Assembly: GCA_043820815.1 (NCBI GenBank)
Contig: JBDRDJ010000008.1
Location: 1-54,674 of the forward strand
DNA length: 54,674 nt
Direction: 5' to 3'
Source of the DNA: Candidatus Omnitrophota bacterium
GTDB lineage: Bacteria; Omnitrophota; Gorgyraeia; Duberdicusellales; 4484-171
Shown: positions 28,689 to 37,226 of the stretch, in pieces
Position numbering within the stretch: the stretch's first letter is position 1
How the letters are laid out: every line of letters starts with the position of its first letter
Program-made: the position numbers and the translations under genes
The notes under the pieces: generated by a model
What the model was told of the DNA's origin: nothing
What the model saw: only the letters and a program-made list of their open reading frames with translations
Database searches by the model: none

Positions 28689-29456
28689 ATGATTGAAGAG
28701 ATTTGTTTTAAGTTAAAAGAGAAAAGGAAAGAACTCGGGTACTCTATAGAAGAAGTTGTTGAAAGAATAAAACTGCATCCTTCTGCCATACACGACATCG
28801 AAAGCGCTAATTTACATAATGTAAGCCCCGTTTACATGAAGGGTTTCATTAGACTTTATGCGTCTTTCTTAGGGGTAAATGCCGAAGAAGCTTTATTAGA
28901 AATATCTCCTAAACAGAATCAAGTAAAGGAAAATAAACGTCAGGGAATTTTACAAAGGAATAGTTATTCGAAAGTAATAAAAACGGTTTTTGTTTCTTTT
29001 ATCGGGATAATTGTAATATGGAGTTTTTTTTCTTTTCTTGGTTTAGTATTCAGGAAGGTGTTTCGCCATGGAAGCCGCAGAATAACTGCACAGAGCAAGG
29101 TTTCCAAGCTGCCTGTTGTGCCATCTAGAGAATTAGAAAAAGTTGTTAAGGAATCTAAGGATGATCCTGTCTTTGATTCATCTTTGCAGCAGGGAGAGGA
29201 CATAATGGTATCTCTCAGCACTAAGCGGGATGTGTTCATAAGGGTAAAAGTTGACGGGAGGCTCCTGTTTGATTCTGTTCTTAAAGAAGGCGCCGTTGAA
29301 ACATGGCAGGCAAAAAATGAGATGGAGTTTGCAATTAATGACGGTTCTGCCGTATATATAGAAGTAAATGGAAAACCAATATCTCCCTTAACTGCCTTGC
29401 GCAAGCCAATAAAACGCCTTACCATAAACCACTCCGGAATCAAGGTTGATAAATAG
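28689..29456 (+). CDS. RodZ-like protein (HTH, TM, DUF4115-like C-terminus)
   Basis: LK..R...G.SIE.V....K.....I..IE, Y.KGF.R.YA.FLG; follows ftsK and precedes rimO. Confidence 0.85.
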   Translation: MIEEICFKLKEKRKELGYSIEEVVERIKLHPSAIHDIESANLHNVSPVYMKGFIRLYASFLGVNAEEALLEISPKQNQVKENKRQGILQRNSYSKVIKTVFVSFIGIIVIWSFFSFLGLVFRKVFRHGSRRITAQSKVSKLPVVPSRELEKVVKESKDDPVFDSSLQQGEDIMVSLSTKRDVFIRVKVDGRLLFDSVLKEGAVETWQAKNEMEFAINDGSAVYIEVNGKPISPLTALRKPIKRLTINHSGIKVDK

Positions 29457-29480
29457 GTCTAAGTCAGAAAGGAAAATTTC

Positions 29481-29547
29481 TCGGTGCTTGGTGTTCGTGA
29501 TAAATTCTTTACGAAAACCGAACACCGAAGACCAAAAACCGAAACAC
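29481..29547. repeat. ACCGAA-heptamer hairpin element
   Basis: 49-nt core is 44/49 identical to the reverse complement of part of 41886-41971. Confidence 0.8.
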
Positions 29548-29563
29548 GGCAATTTGTAATTAT

Positions 29564-30817
29564 ATGAGTAAAAAAACTTTTTCCGTATTATCACTGGGGT
29601 GTTTCCGCAATACTTACGATTCAGAGGTTGCGGCAAGGCGCTTAGTTGATCAAGGTTACGCCTTCAAAGAGGATTGTAGCAATTGTGATACACTTGTAAT
29701 TAATACATGCGGTTTCATATCGCAGGCTAAAGAGGAATCGCTGGAGGTTATTCAGTCGGCGGTTGATTTAAAGAAAAAAGGTAAAATCAGAAAACTCGTA
29801 GTATTTGGCTGCTTAATCCAAAGATACAAAGAGCATCTGGTAAAAGAATTTCCTGAGGTTGATCAGTGGCTGGGAGTCGAAAAATTTAATTCTAAAAACA
29901 ACAGACGTTTAAAAATAACTCCTTCCCACATAGATTTCCTAAAAGTTTGCGAAGGCTGCATTCATAATTGTTCATACTGCGCAATCCCATTGATTAAAGG
30001 CCCTTTAAAAAGCAGAGGCATCAAGGATATAATTAACGAGGTTGAATATTTAGATTCAACCGGCATAAAAGAATTAAACTTGATAGGCCAGGATATAACC
30101 AGCTGGGGCCGTGATATAGGCTATAAAGACGGTATCTCTGTTTTATTAGAAAAAATATTAAAAAAAGTAAAGAAAATACAATGGATTCGCTTAATTTATA
30201 CACATCCGCGCAATGTGTCCGACAGGCTGATTAGCATAATCGCAAGTGATAGGAGAGTTTGTAAATATATTGATTTGCCCATCCAGCATATAAGTGATAA
30301 AATTTTAAAGTTAATGAAAAGGCGGTTTTCCCGCAAACAGACCGAAGCCTTGATTGAGAAGATAAGAAAGAATATTCCCGGCTGCGTTATCCGCACTTCG
30401 GTGATAACGGGATTTCCCGCTGAGAGCGAAGAAGAGTTTAAAGAACTTTATCATTTTCTAAAATTAACAAAATTTGAAAGGCTGGGGGCATTTACCTATT
30501 CTAAGGAGGAAGAAACAAAGGCTGCAAAATTAATTCCCCAGGTACATTATAAAACTAAAATAAGGCGTTACAAAAAGATTATGGAACTCCAGCAAGATAT
30601 TTCGCGTGAAGTTAACCGGCGTTTTTTATCTAAAGAGATAGATGTTTTAGTTGAAGAGAAATCCGGCGGGTTTTATATCGGCAGAACCCAATATGACGCT
30701 TACGAAGTTGACGGCGTTGTTTTTGTGGGAGGAGAGAATCTAAGAATCGGTGAAATTTATCCGGCAAGGATAATCGATTCTCATGAATATGATTTAACAG
30801 CAGAGGTTATAAAATGA
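29564..30817 (+). CDS. rimO: Ribosomal protein S12 methylthiotransferase
   Basis: SLGC..N..DSE, INTCGFI..AKEES, radical SAM CxxxCxxC (CIHNCSYC), TRAM domain GRTQYDAYEVDG. Confidence 0.95.
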   Translation: MSKKTFSVLSLGCFRNTYDSEVAARRLVDQGYAFKEDCSNCDTLVINTCGFISQAKEESLEVIQSAVDLKKKGKIRKLVVFGCLIQRYKEHLVKEFPEVDQWLGVEKFNSKNNRRLKITPSHIDFLKVCEGCIHNCSYCAIPLIKGPLKSRGIKDIINEVEYLDSTGIKELNLIGQDITSWGRDIGYKDGISVLLEKILKKVKKIQWIRLIYTHPRNVSDRLISIIASDRRVCKYIDLPIQHISDKILKLMKRRFSRKQTEALIEKIRKNIPGCVIRTSVITGFPAESEEEFKELYHFLKLTKFERLGAFTYSKEEETKAAKLIPQVHYKTKIRRYKKIMELQQDISREVNRRFLSKEIDVLVEEKSGGFYIGRTQYDAYEVDGVVFVGGENLRIGEIYPARIIDSHEYDLTAEVIK

Positions 30818-31380
30818 ACATTGCAAATAAACTGACGATTCTAAGAATTCTACTTTCTTTTTTTTGTATGGGTTTCATTCTTAAGAATACATTTTTCTCG
30901 CTTATTATCGGCTTTATTCTTTTTGTTACAGCTTCAATTACAGACTTCTTTGACGGCCATCTTGCACGTAAATATAATTTAGTTTCCGATTTAGGAAAAT
31001 TACTTGACCCCATAGCAGATAAAGTCCTTATCATTGGGGTATTTGCCTCTTTTCTGCAGTTAGGAGTAATCACGGTATGGATGGTTGTGTCTATAATATT
31101 CAGGGAATTTTTGATAACCGGTTTGCGTATCTTTAGCATAAAGAAAGGTGTCGTGCTCGAGGCTAAGCAGTTCGGAAAACACAAAACCGTTTCTCAAATA
31201 GGTGTTATTATATTGATATTCTTTACGTTATTGGTGCTTAAGATTTTTCCCGAAAATAATGTGATTAATCTATTTTATTCCATGATTATTCCTGTTGTTA
31301 TGTGGTATGTTGTTTCTATTACCGTGTCTTCAGGCGCATATTATCTTTGGGCAAACCGTAAGGTAATCAAAACTTTTTAA
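30814..31380 (+). CDS. pgsA: CDP-diacylglycerol--glycerol-3-phosphate 3-phosphatidyltransferase
   Basis: N.LT.LR, TD.FDG..AR......S..GK.LDPIADK. Confidence 0.95.
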   Translation: MNIANKLTILRILLSFFCMGFILKNTFFSLIIGFILFVTASITDFFDGHLARKYNLVSDLGKLLDPIADKVLIIGVFASFLQLGVITVWMVVSIIFREFLITGLRIFSIKKGVVLEAKQFGKHKTVSQIGVIILIFFTLLVLKIFPENNVINLFYSMIIPVVMWYVVSITVSSGAYYLWANRKVIKTF

Positions 31381-31844
31381 TGAAGAAGTGGCCGATTAAA
31401 GACAAGGCGTGTTTGGCAATAGCTACGTTGTTCGGGATTGGCTATGTGCCATTATGTCCCGGGACAGCCTCGTGTGTTGTTGCGGTGGGAGTGTATCTGA
31501 TTGTTCCCAACCCTTTTTATTTCCTGATAATCACTCTTTTTTCTACGCTTCTCGCTTTTTTAGTGTCAACTCCCGCTGAAAAGATTTTTGGCAAAAAAGA
31601 CTGCAGTTTTATTGTTATAGATGATTTCTCCGGCATGTTAATAACCCTTCTTTTTATTCCCCGCGATATCCGCTTTATAATTCCCGCTTTTTTCCTCTTT
31701 AGAATGCTTGATATGTTTAAGATACCGCCTGCCGATAAAGTTGAGCTTTATCCCGGCGCGCGGGGAATTGTCGGGGATGATGTGGTTGCCGGCGTCTATG
31801 CCAACGTTATTCTTCATATTGTAAGAATTCTAATAAGATTCTAA
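31380..31844 (+). CDS. pgpA: Phosphatidylglycerophosphatase A
   Basis: G.G..P..PGT, IVIDD..G, F.LFR.LD..K.PP, GI..DD..AG. Confidence 0.92.
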   Translation: MKKWPIKDKACLAIATLFGIGYVPLCPGTASCVVAVGVYLIVPNPFYFLIITLFSTLLAFLVSTPAEKIFGKKDCSFIVIDDFSGMLITLLFIPRDIRFIIPAFFLFRMLDMFKIPPADKVELYPGARGIVGDDVVAGVYANVILHIVRILIRF

Positions 31845-31896
31845 ACCATATGGGTCTTTCTACAGGCTCGTTAAATAAAATAAAAATTGAAAAATA

Positions 31897-31905
31897 TGGT
31901 ATAAT
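31897..31905 (+). promoter_or_regulatory. Extended -10 promoter, predicted leaderless
   Basis: TG-G-TATAAT, 6 bp before the ATG at 31912; no SD. Confidence 0.6.
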
Positions 31906-31911
31906 GATGCT

Positions 31912-32100
31912 ATGAAGCTAAGAAAAACTATCGCAAAACTTGAAAAACTTACCAAGAAAGAAGATTCCTTTGTGAATGCTTCGCCAAGGGAACTTGTATC
32001 TTTTATGTGGGAGCTTACAGCGGAAATTTGGTCTTTACGAGGTGCTGGTTATGTTGAACGAAGACTACAAAGAAATGTTACAAATCTTATTAAACAATGA
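31912..32100 (+). CDS. Small hypothetical protein, partner of the downstream nucleotidyltransferase
   Basis: 62 aa, own promoter, overlaps the start of the next gene by 50 nt. Confidence 0.65.
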   Translation: MKLRKTIAKLEKLTKKEDSFVNASPRELVSFMWELTAEIWSLRGAGYVERRLQRNVTNLIKQ

Positions 32101-32497
32101 GGTAAAATTCCTCATTGTCGGTGCATACGCCATGGGAGCTTTCGGGTACCCCCGGGCTACAGGAGATTTTGATATATGGGTAGAGGCATCTATGGAAAAT
32201 TCAAACAAAATATATAGATCTCTTTATGAATTTGGTGCCCCTATTTCCGATATAGCAGAAAATACTTTTACCGAAAAAGGAATCATTTTCCAAATTGGCG
32301 TAGCGCCTCGCCGGATTGATATTATAACGCATATTGATGGAGTAGATTTTCAAGAAGCTTATAAATCAAAAGAAAATATCGAAATTGAAAAGTTAACTAT
32401 ACCGTTTATCTCAAAAGAAAACCTCATAAAAAATAAGCAATCCACTGGCCGGGAAAAAGATAAATTAGACGCCGATTATTTGAAAAAGTCCGGTTGA
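32051..32497 (+). CDS. Nucleotidyltransferase (AbiEii/DUF6036-like)
   Basis: VGAYA....G.PRAT.D.DIW (GG/GA...DxD), RIDI, L..NK...GR.KD..D; ATG 32051 preferred. Confidence 0.8.
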   Translation: MLNEDYKEMLQILLNNEVKFLIVGAYAMGAFGYPRATGDFDIWVEASMENSNKIYRSLYEFGAPISDIAENTFTEKGIIFQIGVAPRRIDIITHIDGVDFQEAYKSKENIEIEKLTIPFISKENLIKNKQSTGREKDKLDADYLKKSG

Positions 32498-32598
32498 TTC
32501 GGTTTAGATTCCCTGCCGCGATATTATCCCGGAATATCCATTGACATTTTTCGCCGCCTTCGGCGGCTTCGTCAGGCCGCTTACCCTTGTGCTATTTT

Positions 32599-33369
32599 TT
32601 ACTCACCGCTGCCCCTGGATACCTTTACGGTTATTTCTACCTTCTGAGGAAGATTTTCTCCCTCAAGCAGTTCGGCGTCACCGTCGCCATAAATCATTAT
32701 CTCTTTTGAAGAATCGTAATATTTTCCGCTGGGATATTCCGCAAACCAGTCAAAATTAAACCAATAACCTTTCAGGTCGCGCCGGACATAAACTTTGAAC
32801 TCTGAAGTTTCATCATAAATCATCGCGTAATTCTTGATTATCTCACCAACCTTTTCCTTAAGGCTTATTTTATTTTTACATAAAAACAACTCGGCAAATG
32901 CATGTCTTGTTCCTTTCTTTTCATAGGCAAAAACCACCCGTGAACGCTTTCCTAATAATTCTATAATCGTATACATTAAAACAGCGAAATCATCACAATC
33001 ACCGACCATCCCGCTGTTGATTGTTATCTCAGGAGGCGCTATATAGTCAATATTGCCCGGATCATTTGTGTAATGCCATTGCTTTTTAATATGCTGAAAA
33101 GATGCGCATAGTTTTGCTATGGCTGTAGGCTGAGGGAGTTTCTTTGTGTATTTCATTTTGTATAAGGTATCAATGTATGTTTTTACCTTAGGGCTATAAC
33201 TTGTCATTGCTTTCTCAAGCTGATAAACTCTGTTGTCCGCAGCTTGAGCGTAATAAACATACACGAATATAGATACAACCGCTATTATAAATTTCTTATA
33301 TGAATGCTTTATCAAAATAATTTTTCCTTTATTCGATGAAATCCGAGCATCCGCAACCCTTAATAGCAC
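32599..33369 (-). CDS. Secreted transglutaminase-like protein
   Basis: GDCDDFA catalytic-Cys motif, HAFAE; signal-like stretch near the N-terminus; true start probably downstream of 33369. Confidence 0.75.
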   Translation of the reverse strand: MLLRVADARISSNKGKIILIKHSYKKFIIAVVSIFVYVYYAQAADNRVYQLEKAMTSYSPKVKTYIDTLYKMKYTKKLPQPTAIAKLCASFQHIKKQWHYTNDPGNIDYIAPPEITINSGMVGDCDDFAVLMYTIIELLGKRSRVVFAYEKKGTRHAFAELFLCKNKISLKEKVGEIIKNYAMIYDETSEFKVYVRRDLKGYWFNFDWFAEYPSGKYYDSSKEIMIYGDGDAELLEGENLPQKVEITVKVSRGSGE

Positions 33370-33417
33370 CTAATAACATTTATTAACCTATAGTAACCTT
33401 TAATAAAGTAGTCCTAA

Positions 33418-33966
33418 TCAACCTTTTAAGTTTGCTCTGTAAATTTCATCATAAATCGGCCCCTTAGAAGTTAATGTGCTTTTATAGAGGCTGATATGGT
33501 CAACCGAGAAGTTTCCTTCCGGGACGATTTTCTCAATTTCATTGATCAAACAGCTTAAATCATCTAACGATTTGAATCTTGCCAGAGTAATATGGGATTT
33601 AAATTTTCCTTCTTTGGCAAAGCCTAAATCTGAAAGTTTTTCTTCAAGGGTAAGAGAGAGCCTCTTTAATCCCTTTTCATTATCAGTTGAAACAAAAAAT
33701 ACGCGCGGTTTCTTTTGATCGGGAAAAAAGCCAAAAGATTTTAGCTTTACATTAAAAGAATCATAGAGCCTGGCTGATGAATCAATAATTTGTTTTATTA
33801 TATCAATTCTTTCTTCATTTACTTCACCCAGGAATTTGAGAGTTAAATGAGAATTATCAATGTTTACCCATTTAGCATTAATTCGGCAAGCTTTAAAAGT
33901 TTCCTGGTAAGATACAAGGCGTTTTTTTATTTCCCGTGGAATATCAATTGCTATAAAAGTTCTCAT
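33418..33966 (-). CDS. thpR: RNA 2',3'-cyclic phosphodiesterase (2H family)
   Basis: MRTFIAI, HLTLKFLG, HITLAR, ST.T..GPIY. Confidence 0.93.
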   Translation of the reverse strand: MRTFIAIDIPREIKKRLVSYQETFKACRINAKWVNIDNSHLTLKFLGEVNEERIDIIKQIIDSSARLYDSFNVKLKSFGFFPDQKKPRVFFVSTDNEKGLKRLSLTLEEKLSDLGFAKEGKFKSHITLARFKSLDDLSCLINEIEKIVPEGNFSVDHISLYKSTLTSKGPIYDEIYRANLKG

Positions 33967-34427
33967 CGAATTAGACGGCTTAACATATCAAGCGCATGAA
34001 GGCTTGCTTTTTTTCTAACAACGCCGCGGTTCCCATCAAAAAGTAATTTTTGCGATAAATTACGGCCTGAATAAGCTATGCCGATAAAAACAGTACCCGG
34101 CTTAACGCCTTTTCTTGCGCCTGGGCCGGCAAAGCCGACAATTGAAATGCCTATATCAGACGCAAACATATCCCGTATTTTTCTTGCAAGAATAATGACA
34201 ATTTCCGGCGAAATTCCTTTAGTTTTTTTAAGCGTTGAAAGAGGAATTTTGAATAAGTTATTTTTTGACTCTAATGAGTATACAATCACACCGCCTTTAA
34301 ATATTTCTGAAGCGCCGGGAGTTTTTGTTAATAGGTAAGAAAGATAACCGGCGGTAATAGATTCGGCCGTTGCTATCGTTAATTTTTTATTCTTAAGGAT
34401 ATTTATAAGCTTAGTTTCTCTGTTCAC
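33963..34427 (-). CDS. CinA C-terminal domain / NMN amidohydrolase (PncC-like)
   Basis: IATAES.TAG, PGAS..F.GG..VYS..SK, G.AGP, GTVFIG. Confidence 0.88.
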   Translation of the reverse strand: MNRETKLINILKNKKLTIATAESITAGYLSYLLTKTPGASEIFKGGVIVYSLESKNNLFKIPLSTLKKTKGISPEIVIILARKIRDMFASDIGISIVGFAGPGARKGVKPGTVFIGIAYSGRNLSQKLLFDGNRGVVRKKASLHALDMLSRLIR

Positions 34428-34433
34428 GGGTAT

Positions 34434-34442
34434 ATTTTACCA
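34434..34442 (-). promoter_or_regulatory. Extended -10 promoter, predicted leaderless cinA-thpR
   Basis: Minus strand TG-G-TAAAAT, 6 bp before the GTG at 34427. Confidence 0.55.
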
Positions 34443-34533
34443 GAAAACAAGACAATACAGGTTAAAAATATTCTAACAGCTCAGCTTTTGGCACAAAGAA
34501 TAATGTAAGAAAATACGAGTTACTTACCAGAAG

Positions 34534-34884
34534 TTGGCGGTTTTTAAGGTTTTAGCCGAAGAAAAGAAACATTTGACGGCAGAGGAGATTTGTGGAAAAA
34601 TAAGAATTCAATTTCCTTCTGTTTCTCTTGCTACCGTATATTCAATCTTAGAGTTGTTTAAAGAGAACTGTTTGGTTTCCGGACTGCGTATTAAGTTTGA
34701 TAAATCGTATTTTGAGGCAAGAATTGCTTCTCATCACCATTTTTTGTGCAATTTGTGCGGCAGGATTATAGACATAGACCTTTTATCTTGTTCAACCATA
34801 GCAGGCATGCAGGTAGAAGGGCATAAGATACATAAGTTTCAAAGTTGTTTTTACGTGCATTGTAAAGAATGGAGGGATAAATAA
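34534..34884 (+). CDS. Fur/PerR-family regulator, N-terminally truncated and possibly degenerate
   Basis: H.TAEEI, SLATVY..L..F, HHHFLC..CG.IIDI; in-frame stop at 34501-34503 cuts off helix 1; the C-terminal CxxC is CKEW. Confidence 0.75.
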   Translation: MAVFKVLAEEKKHLTAEEICGKIRIQFPSVSLATVYSILELFKENCLVSGLRIKFDKSYFEARIASHHHFLCNLCGRIIDIDLLSCSTIAGMQVEGHKIHKFQSCFYVHCKEWRDK

Positions 34885-35598
34885 ATGGTAAAAGAATTCA
34901 AAGGTAAATTAATCATGAGGATAAAGCGGACTCCTACGGTTGAGAGTTTTAGATTTAAACTTGAGGAAAAGCTTAATTTTAAGCCGGGACAGTTTGCTCA
35001 AGTAATATTTGACCAAGCCAATAGGCAAAATAAAGAATTAAACAAATATCTTTCATTTTCTTCTTCGCCGCTTAACGGTTATGTGGAGTTTACTAAACGA
35101 TTAAGCCAGAGCCTGTTTACCAAGAAACTATTGGAATTATCAACTTTTGAAGATGTTCTTTTTAAGGCGCCGCTGGGAGATTGTGTTCTCGAAGAAAAGT
35201 ACAAAAAAATAGGTTTTCTTATCGGAGGCATAGGCATTACTCCCGTCGTATCTATTATAGAATTTATTGTTCGGAAAGAATTACCCATAGATGTCCGGTT
35301 ACTTTATTCTAACAAGTCCGATAATGACATAGCTTTTAAGAATGAGTTAGATTTATTCAGCATCAGGCATAAGAGCGTAAAAGTTATTTACAGTGTAACA
35401 GAATGCGAACCGCAGGATAAAGTCTGTATCTTCGGACCAATTAACAAAGATATGGTTAAGAAACACATTGTAGATTTTGCGGAAAGAATGTTTTATATTT
35501 TCGGCCCCCCCAGAATGGTAGGGGCTATGAAGGGAGTTTGTTTAGAGTCGGGCTGCAAGGCCGATTCGATTAAAACAGAGAGTTTTATCGGGTATTAA
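34885..35598 (+). CDS. FAD/NAD(P)H-binding oxidoreductase (FNR-like)
   Basis: FKPGQF, YLSFSSSP, GGIGITP..S, LLYSN, FYIFGPP.M, ESF.GY. Confidence 0.9.
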   Translation: MVKEFKGKLIMRIKRTPTVESFRFKLEEKLNFKPGQFAQVIFDQANRQNKELNKYLSFSSSPLNGYVEFTKRLSQSLFTKKLLELSTFEDVLFKAPLGDCVLEEKYKKIGFLIGGIGITPVVSIIEFIVRKELPIDVRLLYSNKSDNDIAFKNELDLFSIRHKSVKVIYSVTECEPQDKVCIFGPINKDMVKKHIVDFAERMFYIFGPPRMVGAMKGVCLESGCKADSIKTESFIGY

Positions 35599-35624
35599 GA
35601 AGATATTATAACCGGAGGTGCACC

Positions 35625-36017
35625 ATGGAGAGTTTAAAGGATATGGTTCAAATCGCGGATTGGAAGACCGAAAAACATGTTCCCGCCATTGAAATAGGGG
35701 GAACTGTAAGTAAAGGCGAACCTGTTACTGTAAATGTGCGCGTAGGCAAAGAAATTCCTCATCCCAACACAACAGAACACCATATCCGCTGGATTGATGT
35801 TTACTTTAAGCCCGACGGCAGTAAGTTTCCTTACCAGCTTGGTAAATTTGAATTTACTGCCCATGGAGAGTCGGCACAGGGCCCCAATACAAGTACAATT
35901 TACACCAACCCCCAGGCAACAGTTGTATTTAAAACAGAGAAACCGGGTATTATTTATGCAACAAGTTATTGCAATATTCACGGTTTGTGGGAGAATTCGA
36001 TTCAAATAACGGCCTAG
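35625..36017 (+). CDS. Class II superoxide reductase (neelaredoxin)
   Basis: EKHVP, HP....HHIRW, YCNIHGLW iron ligands; no desulforedoxin domain. Confidence 0.95.
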   Translation: MESLKDMVQIADWKTEKHVPAIEIGGTVSKGEPVTVNVRVGKEIPHPNTTEHHIRWIDVYFKPDGSKFPYQLGKFEFTAHGESAQGPNTSTIYTNPQATVVFKTEKPGIIYATSYCNIHGLWENSIQITA

Positions 36018-36060
36018 GGTTATTGTATTAATAGTAGTAAGTTTAAAAAAAGGGGGAATT

Positions 36061-36282
36061 ATGAGAGATAAGATAGAAAAGGCCTTAAAGGATATCAAGC
36101 CGATGTTGCAGGCTGACGGAGGCGATGTGGAATTGGTTGATGTTACAGAAGACGGAGTAGTAAAAGTAAAACTAACCGGTGCCTGCGGAGCTTGTCCCAT
36201 GAGCACCTATACTCTTAAGATGGGTATAGAGCAGAAGCTTAAGGAGAAAATACCTGAGATAAAAGCCGTAGAGCAGGTATAA
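36061..36282 (+). CDS. NifU C-terminal/NfuA-like Fe-S carrier
   Basis: I.P.LQADGGDVELV, L.GACGACPMS..TLK.GIE. Confidence 0.93.
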   Translation: MRDKIEKALKDIKPMLQADGGDVELVDVTEDGVVKVKLTGACGACPMSTYTLKMGIEQKLKEKIPEIKAVEQV

Positions 36283-36284
36283 AA

Positions 36285-36306
36285 CAATGACAAATGACAA
36301 ATTGGG
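36285..36306. repeat. Solo AATGACA heptamer arm
   Basis: CAATGACAAATGACAAATTGGG; same heptamer as 47655-47720. Confidence 0.5.
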
Positions 36307-36316
36307 AGGGTAAAAT

Positions 36317-36448
36317 ATGAAGAAAGGTAAATCTTCGAAAAAAGAAAAGTTATATATTTGTGTTGTTTGCGGCACAAAGAAGAAGTCAAAAAAACGATGC
36401 TGCGGCAAAGACATGATGTCTAAGGAAAAAGGCGCGTTCAGCGATTAA
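36317..36448 (+). CDS. Desulforedoxin-like basic peptide (43 aa; missed by ORF track)
   Basis: SD GGGAGGG; MKKGKSSKKEKLYICVVCGTKKKSKKRCCGKDMMSKEKGAFSD with YxCxxCG...CCGxxM. Confidence 0.7.
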   Translation: MKKGKSSKKEKLYICVVCGTKKKSKKRCCGKDMMSKEKGAFSD

Positions 36449-36475
36449 TTAGTTTGAAAAGAATAGCCTGAATGA

Positions 36476-36563
36476 GATCCTTCGTCCGCTTTTAGGCGGA
36501 CTCGGGATCAATTCGGCCCTATGACTTATGTTCGTTCATTTCATTCGCTCCATAAGTCATGGC
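36476..36563. repeat. Two REP-like hairpins
   Basis: GATCCTTCGTCCGCTTTTAGGCGGACTCGGGATC (36476-36509), followed by ATGACTTATG...CATAAGTCAT. Confidence 0.55.
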
Positions 36564-36580
36564 TTCATTGAGGAGGTTTG

Positions 36581-37108
36581 ATGAAAATAGATGATACCCC
36601 TAAGGGATTCATAATAACGGATTTCAATGAACTTGATGCTTATAGTATCGCCTGCAAGATAGAAAAAGACGGCATTTGGTTTTATAGCAGATTGATAGAT
36701 AAGATAGATAACAAAGAAGCAAAAAAGACGCTTAATTTCTTAATCGATGAAGAGAGGAAGCATCTTGCATTCTTTGAAAACCGCCTTTTTGAAATAAGGG
36801 CAAGGTCACGAGAAGATGACAAAAATAAGGATTTGCTCGGAAGTATTGATTATAAAATATTTTATCCCTATAAAGACATGAAGTATTTGGAAGTAGAGAT
36901 AGACAAAGGAATTATTGCCTTGGGTTTAGGGTTAATCGTGGAAGATAAATCCATAAAATTCTACAAAGCCTGTAAGAATGCCGTTAGTTCACAGAAAACC
37001 AAGGAGGAATTACAGAATATTATTGAAGAGGAAGACCGCCATAAATATTTTCTGCAGAGCATGCTTCATACCTTTAGACAAGGTGAAGAGGAAAGTAATA
37101 CCGAATAA
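36581..37108 (+). CDS. Ferritin-like/rubrerythrin-family di-iron protein (no rubredoxin domain)
   Basis: IEKDG..FY, DEE.KH, VEDKS..FY, EEEDRH; SD AGGAGG. Confidence 0.88.
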   Translation: MKIDDTPKGFIITDFNELDAYSIACKIEKDGIWFYSRLIDKIDNKEAKKTLNFLIDEERKHLAFFENRLFEIRARSREDDKNKDLLGSIDYKIFYPYKDMKYLEVEIDKGIIALGLGLIVEDKSIKFYKACKNAVSSQKTKEELQNIIEEEDRHKYFLQSMLHTFRQGEEESNTE

Positions 37109-37226
37109 TTCTTGTGTAACACGTCTGATTTTAATGACTAAATCCGAATTATGAATGGCCCTGCATGCCGGCAGTGTAATTCATTGCTAAGTTTTTAGCC
37201 GAAAATAAAATTAGGAGGCAGCAGAA

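Noticed and set aside
34488-34503. TGGCAC as a sigma-54 promoter before Fur
   Set aside because: The -12 GC is absent (TGGCACAAAGAATAAT).
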